Shown: positions 39,235 to 53,403, counted from the first letter of the stretch. The stretch is 64,000 bases of DNA from Eledone cirrhosa (GCA_964016885.1 OZ024747.1:48608001-48672000), one strand, 5' to 3'. Made by a program: numbers and translations. The notes: a model not told the origin generated them from the letters alone.

Positions 39235-39637
39235 TACATATGTTAATATACATATATATATAAATATATATATGTATATTTACATATGTATGTATTTATA
39301 CAAACATTTTTCACTACGTACATCCTTTCACACGCTCCTATTTATATACATACACATCTTTCTTTAGATATGAGACCAATTCGATACGCTCTCATTGAAC
39401 GTTGAACTTTGGGGTGCAGAGTTCGATTCCTATGAATGTATGCTTAGCTATCTATTTTTTCATTTCAACTGTAAATGGTTCTGTAAATAAGGACCAAGTG
39501 TAAGAGGTTATATAAGTGCTAAGTTTTTAGCGTGCATTATTCGAGGTTGGTGAAGGCATGTAGCTTTGTGATTAGGGTACGGTCGTGAGCAAGTTATTTT
39601 AATTCACGTTGCTCCTGTTCCATTTAGTGATATATAT

Positions 39638-39790
<153 letters not shown>

Positions 39791-40346
39791 GTAATACTTA
39801 GCCTCCATTACTAAAACATTGTATGAGCAGCGAGCAGTTTAAAAAGTGGCTTACATGTCACATGAGAGCACTGGTCTGGGTCTATTACCAGCTTTGAATT
39901 CCTCCATTTCACGTGTGACCAGCATTTCTTACGAGTTTTGGGGGCATTTACTTCACAATGGGTCTTGGTCTATTATTAACTCTGGACGGTTTCGTTTTCA
40001 TAACCTATGAGCTAACACTTTACACAGTCGCTCAACTGATGGTCACACATATACTTACTGTATGAAATGTGAGTATAGATCTAAACATAAAGTTGCATAG
40101 GTCACCTTATACTCGATTAAGGTTGATCGTGATGCTAAACAATGATAACAACTGCTGTAGAGGCATAAGGTTAAGGTGGAAGTTTAGATACCATTCCTTA
40201 GAAATTGTAGTCAAATATCCCTGAAATCATATGCTACCACCTTAAGAAATTAACACATTGTAGTTTTAATGATCACAATAGCTGGATGGTTGAACCATTG
40301 CTAGGTCTACTTGATACGGGCAGATCTGGATATATATACATATTCA

Positions 40347-40431
<85 letters not shown>

Positions 40432-40760
40432 CTTTACCCTGTCGGTCGTCACAAACAGTCATGACCGGCATGGGCTGGTGTTTAGATTCTGTTGATCGAT
40501 TGGTTAGTGATTAGGCGAAACCCGCTGATGAAGCCGCATAAGCCGATTGTGCATTGTTGCATAATATATGCAGGCGCATGATGCAGTGCACCTTACTGGT
40601 GAATTAGTGCGGGAACTATTATAGGCACCCGTTTTACGTGTGTTGTTTTGAAGCGAATAACTATGTGTATACTCTAGGAATGTATCTTACATTGCCTATT
40701 GAGTACGCTGAGATACAACCGGTCCTGGCATTGATAAATATGCTGGGTCCGTCAACTCCT

Positions 40761-40804
<44 letters not shown>

Positions 40805-40871
40805 GTGTGTGTGTGTGTGTTTGCGTGTGTGTGTGCGCACTTGTTGTGTGTGTGCGTGAGTTGTGTGTGTT

Positions 40872-41160
40872 AAATAAAAAAAAATTGGAGCTAAAGACTC
40901 ATGTTAACCCCCTATAATTTAATGAGCTCAAGAGATCGATTCCGGGCTCGTTATAGAGAAAGCTACACAAAGAGGTATGTGTTCAATTATAGGGGATAAA
41001 ATACCACCAGAATGAAAACCATATTGTCTACGAACTGAATGGAGAATACATGTCAATTAAAAGAATAAATTAAAATGTACACACCATCCGTTAATTATTC
41101 GATTCCTTGAGCTCATTAAATTATAAGGTATTAACATGAGTCTTCAACTCTATTTTTTAA
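40872..41160. repeat. Element with diverged terminal inverted repeats of about 60 bp
   Basis: AAGACTCATGTTAA..TATAATTTAATGAGCTCAAG / CTTGAGCTCATTAAATTATA..TTAACATGAGTCTT. Confidence 0.65.
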
Positions 41161-41454
41161 TTTGATATATTGGCTCTTGATTCATTTCTATATGTAAGTA
41201 GTGCTTCTTAAGTTGAATGGTTCTCAGTTGCTGTTTTTAGCGGTCTTTTGGTCCATTCACACCAACATGGGCTGTATAGCGCGCATATTTTCTCTTTATA
41301 TCATGTGCGTATACTGGTTATCTGATATATTTTTGGACGTGTGGATCATATTGTTGGTCCCTTGTTGATAATCCGCCAATCTACCTTTATTTGTGGTGAA
41401 ACATGCTATACAGCTTCTTCAGGTGTTATAGTTATAAACGAATGAGCCCCTAGC

Positions 41455-41720
41455 TTCTAGGCGAAGGCAACTCAGGAAACTGGGATAACTCCGATATAAA
41501 ACCTTCGGCTCAGTAGTGACCGATGATGTTGATCTTTTCTTCTTTTCGGGTTATAGCTACTGTCGCTCCTCAGAGAATGCGATTGGCTCAGTGCACAGTC
41601 CTTCCTCACTTTAAAAAATATCTTCACGCACAGGCATTGCACGATAGAATTAATTAATAATTATTAATAATGGTATATCGTGCAATGGCCATTCTCGATA
41701 ACGAGGGGGCAGCCATCATG
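41455..41720 (+). mobile_element. Family B1 element, 5'-truncated
   Basis: Homologous to 2281-2537. Confidence 0.8.
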
Positions 41721-41734
41721 TATTTATGTATGTA

Positions 41735-43236
41735 TGTTTTTCTGGTTTTATAATTTCACAAATGTTTATCAATAGAGAGAGAGTCGGTTTCTAGCATAGG
41801 CACAAGACTCTCGCATTGGAATTTACACATCAACTAGGTAGATATGTATGCATGTCTGAATGCATACATGCATGTGTAGATATGGATGTTATTGTATGTG
41901 TGGATGCGTATGTTTTGAGTTGTATGTGTATATACTTTGTATCTGTACATGTGTATATTCAGTTATTAGATGCAAAATTTTTGGAATGTTTTACATATTT
42001 TTACTGTTCCATTAATGGATTGCACTTGTAATTTCCTAACTAGTTGTGTTCTTTCTGTTCCTGTGAAGCCCAGCTTCTCAAGATTTGTATTGAGGCAATT
42101 ACTAACATACACCAGTGTCCCAATAATCACAGGTATAAATCTGAGGTGTAATCAGGGTGGAGTATCTGCAGATTTCTCATCAGTTCTGCATAAATATTCT
42201 CCTTGTCGCTAATCTTTGATATTATATTGGCATCTGCTGGGCAGCTAACTTCCACTACTGTGCATGCTTTCTTTTCCCTGTCCCATATCATAATATCTGG
42301 TCTGTTATGCCTGCATTTTATTGGGGTTTTTACTGGAACATTTCGCCAGTACTCTTTCATATTATGTATATGGATATCTTCCACATTGCTGTAGCTTTTA
42401 ATGTGTTTATTATCGGGGCTATCTTTTCTATGGATTGTATTGTACAGTGTTTTGGCCACTACATCATGCTTCATAGGTAGATAGTACCGCGATGACATCT
42501 TTGGACAGCTGCTGACGACATGGGTGACATCTTCGATGTTAATTCTGCAGAGTCTGCACTTGTTATCACATCTAGGTGTTTTGCCTGCATCCCTATCTCT
42601 TTTGTGTATCAGGTATTTCGTGTTGATTTCCTGTTCTTGGATTGCAAAAGCGTATCCTTCAAAGTGGGAGCCAATATAGCGGTTGTTCCAAGATAGACTA
42701 CTTTCCTTATCTATATTACTCTCACTCTGGAGTTTCCTGGCCACATATCCATGCATGACTTTTTGCTGATAAGCATGCAGTATTTCATCCATGGATTCAC
42801 TGCGATACTGCTTACTTCCCTGGGTGTGAGTTTTTGATTATCACATAGGGAATATCTCTCGAGGAGTTCCTTCCCAACTCTCATGATCTTATTTGTTTCA
42901 TGCAGATAGACTTGCTAGAGAGATGGTCTCCTACGCTTTGAGGTTCGTAGATGTTGTCGGAGGGATATGATGCGACATTTAAATGCTGTCTGGACTGATG
43001 TTAGGCTTCTGCCCCCCTGCTTACGTTTCAAGTAAAGGCGGCCTATGTCACTGTTGATGTGGAAGTTTCCTGTGTTGTTTAGTATTTTTCGAGTTCTAAC
43101 ATCAATTGCTCGGATTTCGTCTATCGTTGTAACCAGGTCAAGATTTTTCTTCATCCCACCCATGTTCTTGGCATAGAGTTTCAGGAATAGGTTCAGGCAG
43201 GCTGTATACATTTTATACATCCGGTTCTGGCATGCA
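41735..43236 (-). mobile_element. RLE-type LINE family R2, 3' portion with internal deletion
   Basis: RLYLKRKQGGR, FAIQEQEINTK, CRLC..EDVTHVVSSC, KHD, RPDIMIWD and VEVSCP. Both ends lie in (TATG)n. Confidence 0.9.
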
Positions 43237-43394
43237 ATGTATGTATGTATGTATGTATGTATGTATGTATGTATGTATGTATGTATGTATGTATGTATGT
43301 ATGTATGTATGTATGTATGTATGTGTATGCGTGAATGTATGTATGTATATACGTATGTGTGTATATGTGTGTATGTATATATGTATGTGTGTGA

Positions 43395-43995
43395 GTGATG
43401 TTGAGGTCCTTGGGAGAAATGAGTGTCGGAGCATTGAGAGTATCATCCATCAACGGCGGTAAAACCCGAAAACGACTTTTGTATGGCAAGCTTTGTAAGG
43501 TTTAGAGACCACCTAAATGACTCATTGAAAAAAACTGGTTTGATGGTGGCTGACTGGGAGATAGAAGCTCTTGAAAGAGAGACTTGACGTGGAATGGTGA
43601 ATGATGGGGTCCATAATTTTGAGGACAGACGCATAGAGCACGAGAAGATCAAACGGGATGTGCGTAAGCAATGCCCTGGTATATCTCTCGAAACGATCGG
43701 TGTCTCCATTGAATTGAAGTGCCCTGAGTGTGGAAAAATTTGCTTGAGCAAATCGGATCTCAGGAGCCACAGTCGCAGCCATGTTCAAAGAGAACAAGTG
43801 AACTATGATCTCCACGGTTTTGTTAAGGTTCACAGGAAACCTGATGCAAGACCTGAGACCAGGAAGAGCCATAGTTGTCGTCAATGTACGAAGGAGTGCA
43901 AGTCTCTAGCAGGCTTGAAAAGCCATATCCGAGCGTCACACATTTGAATCTGACAAGCGATTGGAATACTCTTGGCAGAGATTGCAGCCATCATG
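43395..43995 (+). mobile_element. RTE-like LINE 3' end with two C2H2 zinc fingers
   Basis: WEIEALERE.*RGMVNDGV..FE, CPECGKICLSKSDLRSHSRSH and CRQCTKECKSLAGLKSHIRASH, then a short 3' UTR ending GCAGCCATCATGTA. An isolated second tail lies at about 44221-44270. Confidence 0.8.
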
Positions 43996-44297
43996 TATAT
44001 TTCTCTTTCTCTTAATTTCGAGTACATTTTTGACCGGTCACCTTCCTGATATCAAGGTTGTAAAAGAAAAGAAATTGTGATCCCTTGAATCGCAAGAATG
44101 TTTTGCAAATGTGCAAGGCCTTTCTCCATTTAAAAACCTTCAAAGTTCAGGCATTGCTTGTTCACGAGCTCTTACAGGTTCATGTGGCTGGCCGTAGCCT
44201 AAAAGTGCACCAAACTCTATAATCTGACAAGCGATTGCAAAACTCTTAGCAGAGTTTGCAGTCATAATGTATGTATATGCATGTATGTATGTATGTA

Positions 44298-44861
44298 CAA
44301 AGGGCGGAAGAACTCATGATAGTTAACGACCATCCAAAAATGTGTAAATATGTATATACATGGGAGCATGTGTATGTATATGCGCAGGGACATAGAAATA
44401 ACCGGGATGGATACCCGATCGTGCGGTTAAGCCACTGGGAGTGAAAGACCACTATCCATTGTCAAGGCATTCTTGTAGGAGAAGGCAACTCAGGAAACTG
44501 GGATAACTCTGACATAAAACCCGCGGCTCAGTAATTACCGATGATGTTGATCTTTTCTTCTTTTCGGGTTATAGCTACTGTCGCTCAGAGAGTGGGATTG
44601 GCTCAGTGCACAGTGTTTCCTCAATTAAAAATAAATCTTCACGCACAGGCATTGCACGATAGAATTAATTAATAATTATTAATAATTGTTTCTACTTTAG
44701 GCACAAGGCCAGCAATCACCCAATGCATTAATGGTACTTTATTTTATCGACCCCGTAAGGATGAAAGGCAAAGTCAACCTCGGCGGGATTTGAACTCATA
44801 ATTATTAATAATGTTATATCGTGAAACTACCATACTCGATAACGTGGGGGCGGCCATCATG
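44298..44861 (+). mobile_element. Family B1 element interrupted by an S1 SINE
   Basis: Homologous to 2033-2537 and flanked by (TATG)n on both sides. Confidence 0.8.
44687..44797 (-). mobile_element. 5'-truncated S1 SINE with 15-bp TSD
   Basis: ATAATTATTAATAAT is duplicated at 44672-44686 and 44798-44812. Confidence 0.85.
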
Positions 44862-44923
44862 TATGTATGTATGTATGTATGTATGTATGTATGTATGTAT
44901 GTATGTATGTATGTATATGTATA

Positions 44924-45078
44924 TAATTGTGTCTACATTTGGCACAAGGCCAGCAATTACCCAGTGCATTACTGGTACTTTATTTTATCGACCCCGTAAG
45001 GATGAAAGGCAAAGTTAACCTCGGCAGAATTAACTTTGCCTTTCATCCTTACGGGGTCGATAAAATAAAGTACCAGTA
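44924..45078 (-). mobile_element. S1 SINE with snap-back inverted duplication
   Basis: About 44970-45017 is repeated in inverted orientation at about 45029-45078. Confidence 0.8.
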
Positions 45079-45216
45079 TATATGTATATATATACCAGTG
45101 TATATGTATATAATGTCACAAAAGTATAGTTGCCCGGAATAATTCCTCTAGTATTCTCTGCTAATAAAAAAGTACTTTGCTTTAAGTATTAAATTCTCTT
45201 TCTTTTGTAAAGCAAA

Positions 45217-45276
<60 letters not shown>

Positions 45277-45280
45277 CTGT

Positions 45281-45330
45281 TCTTGTCGGATGACCCAGTG
45301 ATAAACAGGCGAAACTCCAGAGTTACAAGA
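45281..45330 (+). ncRNA. Degenerate hammerhead (family J)
   Basis: TCTTGT-CGGATGA-..-GAAACTC-CA-GAGT-T-ACAAGA. Homologous to 63311-63356. Confidence 0.5.
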
Positions 45331-45400
45331 CTCACTATTATAAAGTGTTCAATCGAGGGTAACCACAGTTAGTAAGGTACTCAATACATTAGTAGTGTTA

Positions 45401-45514
45401 ACATCATGTTTAAAACAGAAATGGCTTCTACAGGTCTAGAACTGTTTCATTCAAAATAGATCATCCTTTGAATGAAATAGTTCTAGTCCTGTAGAAGCCA
45501 TTTCTGTATTAAAC

Positions 45515-45521
<7 letters not shown>
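45401..45521. mobile_element. Fold-back palindrome, family F
   Basis: Arms of about 55 bp. CTACAGG.CTAGAACTGTTTCATTC is shared with 18259-18282. Confidence 0.75.
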
Positions 45522-45562
<41 letters not shown>

Positions 45563-45712
45563 GATGAATCTATATCCTGATTCTTTTTGAATTGAGTTTG
45601 AATTATTTTCCCACATCTTACGTTAACTATTTTTCCATTTTGACGCTATAGTCACGTATATATTATGGAATACTGTTGGCTTCTTGCTACAATAATTTCT
45701 ATACTTTTCATT

Positions 45713-45845
<133 letters not shown>

Positions 45846-46746
45846 GCGTGTGTGTGTGTGTGTATTTAGACCATCACATATCTGTATATTTTGTGTATTT
45901 GATAATTTTTGTTTGCGTGTGTGTGTGTGTGTGTGCGTGCGTGTGTGTGTGTGTGTGTGTATTTATACCATCACATATCTGTATATTTTGTGTATTCGAT
46001 AATTTTTGTAAGTTCACCATTGCACGGAAAAGGGCTCTGAACAGTTGATTTTAAAGTCCTTCCATAAGAAATGTATTGTCAAATTCTTGACATTGTTGGA
46101 ACTGGAATATCGGTAGTTTGATTTCCTGCAACAGAGTGAAAATCTTCTAAAGAGGTGTTAAACAGGGTGGCGTGTTAGGGGTACCATTCGTAGGATCATA
46201 TTTTTAACGGATATTCAATGGAGAGGTTTTCAGCTGGCGAACGTGACAAATATAACGTTTCATTCCATCAATATACACAGCTATGTCTGAGATATGTAGT
46301 ACTTATATCTGCGTGATGGTGTAGAGACAGGAACCTTACCTTCCCCACTATCACCACCTTAGCCAGGCCATGCCAGGCCCCATCATATCACGTATGTATA
46401 TATATATATATATATATGTGCGAAATTCCTTCCTTGCTCACATTTCAACCAGGTTTGATGGTCTTTATTCTCTCGTTCACGATTTTATCGAGTTTATATT
46501 AATAGAAATCTGGGACTTGTCTCTTTCTTCTCACTTTCTGTTGCTTAAACCATTTTGTTTGTTCACCCTAACGTTCTCTTTATTTACGTGTCCCAACGAC
46601 TTTTTTTAGCCGTTGTTCGCACCAACCTGAGGTATATGGCCCTTAAAGCGATGAAATGCCTAGGACGGTTGGAGGGTCACTGATGAAGGACTCACTTTTT
46701 CATATGTAACCCATTTGCAACGCCGCAGCTCCATTATTATCATATT

Positions 46747-46810
<64 letters not shown>

Positions 46811-46982
46811 AGTATACGTATGTATGCAAGTGTACATTACATACCTTAAACTTGAAGAACGACAAGCATTTCTGAGAAAAAGACATGGAGAAAGAAAGAA
46901 AGAAAGAGAGGGAGGGAGGGAGGTAGGGAGGCTGGAGAGAGAGAAAGACATCATTAATATCAAGAACATCATTACCAGCAAA

Positions 46983-47083
46983 CAGTAGCAGTGGCAGTAG
47001 GAGTAGCAGCAGCAACAGTAGTAGTCGTTGTAGTAGTAGTAGTAGTAGTAGCAGCAGCAGTAGTAGTAGTCGTAGTAGTAGCA

Positions 47084-47114
<31 letters not shown>

Positions 47115-47211
47115 TAGTCGTAGTTGTAGTAGTAGTAGTAGTAGTAGTCGTAGTAGTAGTAGTAGCAGCAGCAGCAGTAGTAGTAGTAGTAGTAGCACGA
47201 GCAGCAGCAGC

Positions 47212-47243
<32 letters not shown>

Positions 47244-47386
47244 CAGCAGCAGTAGCAGTAGTAGTAGTAGTAGTAGTAGCAGTAGTAGTAGTCTTAGCAG
47301 TTGCAGCAGCAACAGTAGTAGTAGTAGTAGTAGTAGCAGCAATAGTAGTGGCAGTAGTTAGTAGTAGTAGTAACAGCAGCAGCAGC

Positions 47387-47420
<34 letters not shown>

Positions 47421-47490
47421 GTAGTAGCAGCAGCAGCAGTTTTAGTAGTAGTAGTAGTATTAGTAGTAGTAGTAGCAGCAGCAGTAGCAA

Positions 47491-47544
<54 letters not shown>

Positions 47545-47707
47545 CAGCAGCAGCAGTAGTAGTAGTAGCACGAGTAGCAATAGTAGTAGTAGTAGTAGTA
47601 GTAGTACTAGTAGTAGTAGTAGTAGTAGTAGTAGCAGCAGCAGTAGCAGCAGCAGTAGTAGTAGTAGTAGTAGTAGTAGTATTTGCTGTTGTTGTTGTTG
47701 TTGTTGG
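46983..47707. repeat. (AGT)n/(AGC)n microsatellite
   Basis: Direct reading of the sequence. Confidence 0.95.
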
Positions 47708-47816
47708 TAGTTATAGTGTTATTGGCGTTAGGAAAAAACGACCACCCAAAACTGTCCCTCCATAACGTACTGCCCTGAACTCTAAAGATGATAAGGCGTG
47801 TCTAAATGCTGATGTA

Positions 47817-47957
<141 letters not shown>

Positions 47958-48019
47958 AGGAGGTGAAATGCGCATAATAAAATACATGGAACTCTTTTAA
48001 CCATCTTTTGATTTTATAT

Positions 48020-48251
<232 letters not shown>

Positions 48252-48274
48252 CATGTGTAAATGCGTGTATATAT

Positions 48275-48309
<35 letters not shown>

Positions 48310-48330
48310 CATATATGTATATATATATAC

Positions 48331-48414
<84 letters not shown>

Positions 48415-48832
48415 GCACTTACGCATGAATATATTTATATTTGTGTCTGTGTCTGTCTATGTCTGCGTGTGTCTATGGATGTGTGTCTGTGAACTATGTA
48501 TCTGTGTGTGTATCTCTGTGTGTGTGTGTGTGTGTGTGTTTTAAGGGTTTTATCCATATCTGTGTATGTATATATACATCTCTAAGTACATATCTCATTC
48601 TTATTCTTTCTTTATGCTGTTATCTACGTTAGAATCTGTAACATTGACATATTCCACTGGATTTATATCTTTGCGTCTCCCCTTCCTCCAAACATCCTCC
48701 TACTCTGCTTTTTGATAGCTCATCACCACTAATGTCACCCCCCCCCCTTCATTGTCATCGTATTTTTCTCCTCATTTACGCCACGGCTCCCCCCCCCTCT
48801 TCCTCCCCGTGAACTCATCATCAGAGATAGCG

Positions 48833-49386
48833 ACACACACATACACACACACACACACACACACAAACACACAAACACACAAAAACAAACACACACACAG
48901 ACAAACACACACACACAGACAAACACACACACACAAACACAAACACACACGCACACCCAAACACACACACACAGGCAAACACAAACACAAACACACACAC
49001 ACACAGAAACACAAACACACGAACACAAACACACACATACACAAACACACACATACACACATACACACATATATATATATATATATATATTTGTGTGTTT
49101 GTGTGTGACATATATATTTGTGTTTGAGACACATATATATATATATTTGTGTGTGTGTGTTTGTCTGTGTGTGTGTATGTCTGTGTGTGTGTTTGTGTGT
49201 GTGTTTGTTTTTGTGTGTTTGTGTGTGTGTTTGTATGTGTGTGTTTGTGTTTGTGTGTGTGTGTTTGTGTGTGTGTTTGTGTGTGTGTGTTTGTGTGTGT
49301 GTTTGTGTGTGTGTTTGTGTGTGCGTGTTTGTGTGTGTGTGTTTGTGTGTGTGTTTGTGTGCTTGTGTTTGTGTGTGTGTTTGTGT
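48833..49386. repeat. (CA/CAAA)n followed by (TG/TTTG)n microsatellites
   Basis: Direct reading of the sequence. Confidence 0.9.
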
Positions 49387-49615
49387 GATTTCGTGTCTAC
49401 AACTACAGCTGTTACCAATACTTGAGGAGTTCACAGCTCCATAAATAATGCCAGACCGACACTCAACTCATCACTCACGGACACATACACAATCACTCAC
49501 ACACATATAGACAGACGCACATACGCAAATGCAATTTAAAAACACATGTCGTGTGTGAGTATGTGTGAGAGCGAGAGAGATAGGGATAATAAATGAGTTT
49601 ATATATATATATATT

Positions 49616-49678
<63 letters not shown>

Positions 49679-50433
49679 TGGGTGTGAGCAGTGGTTTAGT
49701 CGATTAAGTCGACACCAATATATGACTGGTAGTTTATGATAACGACACTGAAAGAATAAAAAAGCAAAGTTAACATCGCCTGGATTTGAACTCATAACTC
49801 AGCCGTAACTAAATAACAAAAGATGCATGTTATATGAAAAAAAAAGCCAGAAAAAAGATGGCTAAGTTAAATTTAATCTCGGTCTAATTGAAATAGTTAT
49901 CTTCTCACTTCCGGAGAATATATATTTCTATATGAAAGCAAGTACAGACATTAGACACTTTAGAAAAAACAAACAAACAAAATGAAAATGTAACAGAAAC
50001 AAAATCAACAAAATCAATTTAAAATTAAAAACAAAATGTTTGGTTGTTACTTCACTAAAAGTCTTGCATTAAAAAAACAAACAAACCCTGAACAGAATCT
50101 AATATCTCTTTATCGTTAATGCATAAATGTTTCTACATTTTAAGATGGTATGAAGACACCATCTTAAAATGAAGTTGTTAGAGTATTCCTGAACCCCTTT
50201 TGTCATTACTTACTTGTGAAGTTAAGTCCGTTCACTCAGAGTTGGAGGTCAGCTCTAATAGCGTGAGAAAGTTAGTTTTTGTTAGTCTTTAGTTTAGCTA
50301 ACCTATCATATAAAATTTGGTAAACATGCGGGTGAAGAAACCGATATCAACCAAAATGTGTGATTTTGCCTGTATATTTGTTTGTGGAAAAGTGCGTGTG
50401 TTTGCGTATATATATATATATCTATCTATCTAT

Positions 50434-52255
50434 CTAAGGCGGGTAAAATTCCCGAGATCCATGGACGAGTTCTCTCCAGCGGTCTCTGTCCCTCATTATC
50501 GCTGCCATATCCTGCATCTCCAACAGACCAGTGTCTGTCCTTAGGGCATCAACATATGTTAACCTTGGTCTTCCTCTTCTAGTGTGTCCATGTAGGGGCT
50601 CCCAAAGGAGCACTGAGTGCAATGTCAACTCTGGATGTCGGTGAGCATGTCCAGCCAACCTCAGTCTCCTCTGTTTCACTTTTGAGCTGATTTTTGGGAT
50701 GCTCCCATACAGCTCTGAGTTTTTCATCCTCAGTGTATACTGATTAATGTTCAGAGCCATCCTCAGCATTCTCGTGTAGCACCCATCCACCATCTGAGTG
50801 AGTCTCTTGTCAGTATCCAAGTCTCAGACCCATACAGCAGCACAGACTCCACTACAGCAATGAAGAGGCGGATTTTCAGGTCTCTACGAAGGTCCGACTT
50901 CCACACCGATCTCAAGCTGTGACACGCCGCCCAGGCCTTGCTCTTCCTCTCAACCACATCATCTTCCGTATTCCCAATCTTTGCTCCCAAATACAGGAAG
51001 TCCTCAACCAATTCCAGCGGCTTCCCGCCTACATTAGTGAATCCCCTCTGGCTTCTCAACATTCTCTACCAGATATTTTGTTTTAGTCTCATTCATTCTC
51101 AGCCCCACACTCATCGACACAGTCTCAACCTCCCGCATCAAATCCTCTGCCACCTTCACTGTATTTGTCACCAAAACTATGTCGTCAGCAAATTCAGCTT
51201 CCGATACCTTTTTCGCCCCAACTCTCCTGCTCTGAGCCGGTGCTACAGTAAAGCCAGAGTCCTGGTGTTTCTCCAGTGCAAGGCGCATACAATAGTCCAC
51301 TACGATGATAAAAAGGTAGGGAGCCAATGTATCTCCCTGGAGCACTCCAGCCAGTATCTCAAAGAACTCTGTCATCCCATCAGGTGTAATGACTTGGGCT
51401 TTGGTGTTGGTGTAGAGCAGTGATATCAGGTCCACTATCCTCTTGGGGATTCCATAAGCCTGTAAGATCCTCATCAGGCAGTAACGGTCCACAGAATCAA
51501 AGGCCTTCCTAAAGTCAATGAAAACCATGACCGCAGGAAGGCACTTTGCTCTAGCTCCCTCTAATATCCTCCTCAGCATCAGGATGTGACTGGTGGTTGA
51601 TCTACCCTCTCTGAATCCGTTCTGGTTGTCCCTGAGCTTCTTCTCCATCTCAGGATGGATCCTGTTAAGAATCATCCTGTTGAGGGTCTTTGCCACAAGT
51701 GACGTCAGTGAGATCCCCCGGTAGTTGTTGGTGTTAGAGAGATCTCCCTTCTTTGGCACTGGGACGATGTTACTGATCCTCCACTGATTCGGGGCAACTC
51801 CTTTCTCCAGTGCCCCGTTACAGAACCCCAGGATGATATCATCAAAATCACACCTCTTCATCACCTCTGATGCCACTCCATCTTCTCCATGAGCCTTGCC
51901 CTCCTTGATCTTCTTCTTGGCTCTCTGAAGCTCCTCTCTGGTGAAGGGCTCTGTCTCAACATCCAGTTCCTCAAACAGCCGCCTGATCTCCCCAGTGCTC
52001 TGGGCTGTGGAGGGTGGCTCTCCTAGTAGGGTCCTAAAATGGTCTAGCTATTTCCTCTTCCTATCCTCGGGCCCCGTTCCCTGGATCTGACTCGAACACC
52101 TTTTCTTCCTCCCTGTGATCTCGTTGATGATCATCCAGCTCTCCTTACATCCAGATCTGTCAACGGCTCTCTCCACACTTCTGATCTTCTCTATCAGTGC
52201 CTCCTCTCTGACCTCAGTGTAAGCGGTACAGAGCTCTTCCCTCATCACCTCCACA
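50434..52255 (-). mobile_element. RTE-clade LINE, 5'-truncated, RT domain largely open
   Basis: VPVPKKGD..NYRGISL, QNGFR.GRST, FIDFRKAFDSV, GVLQGDTLAPYLF, EFADDI, FLYLG, LLYGSETW and RGRP. (TAGA)n tail at 50421-50433. Confidence 0.95.
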
Positions 52256-52475
52256 GTATATATGAATATCTTTATTTGTATTTGTATTTGTATTTGTATT
52301 TGTATATATGAATATCTTTATTTGTATTTAAGTGCATATATATCTGTATATCTGTGTGTGTGTGTATGTGTGTCTTCAAACATATATATGCACATGTTTT
52401 ATATACATACATGCGTACATACATACACACACAGACAGACACACACGCCCCCCCCCCCCATATATATATATATAT

Positions 52476-52650
52476 AGTACTCGATACTTGGGGTAGCAGA
52501 GTGGGTAATATGCAAAGATTCAGGACCCCGACAGCTCAGCTGAGCTGAGCTGTCGGGGTCCTGAATCTTTTCATATTACCCACTCTGCTACGCCAAATAT
52601 CGAGTACTCTGGTGGGTTATGGTCCACCTGGTATTTTACCACACCCTTTC
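52476..52650. mobile_element. Family C fold-back (hairpin 52476-52608) plus tail
   Basis: Arms of about 62 bp; the tail is homologous to 19920-19972. Confidence 0.75.
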
Positions 52651-53017
52651 TATCTATATATCTAAAACAGAGAATGTCTGTCTGTCTGTCAGCTCCCTAA
52701 AACTCGAGAACCACCCAACCGATTGTTTTCAAACTTTACACATGTAATACTTATGGTCCTGTGTGTGTTTTGAGCAGAAATATCTCAAATTTTCAATGCC
52801 CTAGTGACCGCATTAGGCGATTTAGTGATCTCTCTCTATAATTCTTTCTTTTTAGATAGATACATAGATATAACGTTGCACCCTTATAATATCTGTCTGT
52901 ATGTCTGGCTGTCTGAAGTACGACATTATGACGCTGTGTGTGTGTGTATATATGTATATATATAGTGTATATATATATATATATTTAAAATAATCGAGGT
53001 GTAACACACGAGTTATG

Positions 53018-53356
53018 ATATATTGGTAAAAGGAAAAGAAAATGCTGACAAATTGTTCCCAGTGAAAAATAGTTTAATTAGGAATAAGTAAAAATTAGTA
53101 ATAAGTATTGGTTAGTATTCAGTTTTGGTTTTAAGTTTTTACCGGTTGCGCATTTCTAATGCTTTTCAAAAATAAATTTGAGATGGAGCAAACATCACGG
53201 GCGCTCTATTATTTTTGAAAAGCATAAGAAATGCGCAACCGGTAAAAACTTAAAACCAAAACTGAATACTAACCAATACTATTACTAATTTTTACTTATT
53301 CCTAATTAAACTATTTTTCACTGGGAGCAATTTGTCAGCATTTTCTTTTCCTTTTA

Positions 53357-53365
<9 letters not shown>
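53018..53365. mobile_element. Fold-back palindrome, family H-related, nested in Helitron
   Basis: Arms of about 155 bp. TTTTGAAAAGCA.AAGAA.TGCGCAACCGGTA resembles 28596-28627. Confidence 0.82.

Positions 53366-53401
<36 letters not shown>

Positions 53402-53403
<2 letters not shown>

Noticed and set aside
40513-40537. Type II hammerhead (GGCGAAACCCGCTGATGAAGCC)
   Set aside because: Only a few bases lie between GAAAC and CTGATGA, leaving no room for stem III, the cleavage triplet and stem I.
41396-41427. HHR-like motifs near 41.4 kb
   Set aside because: CTGAAGA and GAAAC lie on opposite strands, so a single-strand core cannot be built.
43594-43947. Host C2H2 zinc-finger gene
   Set aside because: The fingers follow a decayed LINE C-terminal segment and end in a retroelement tail; there are no splice signals.
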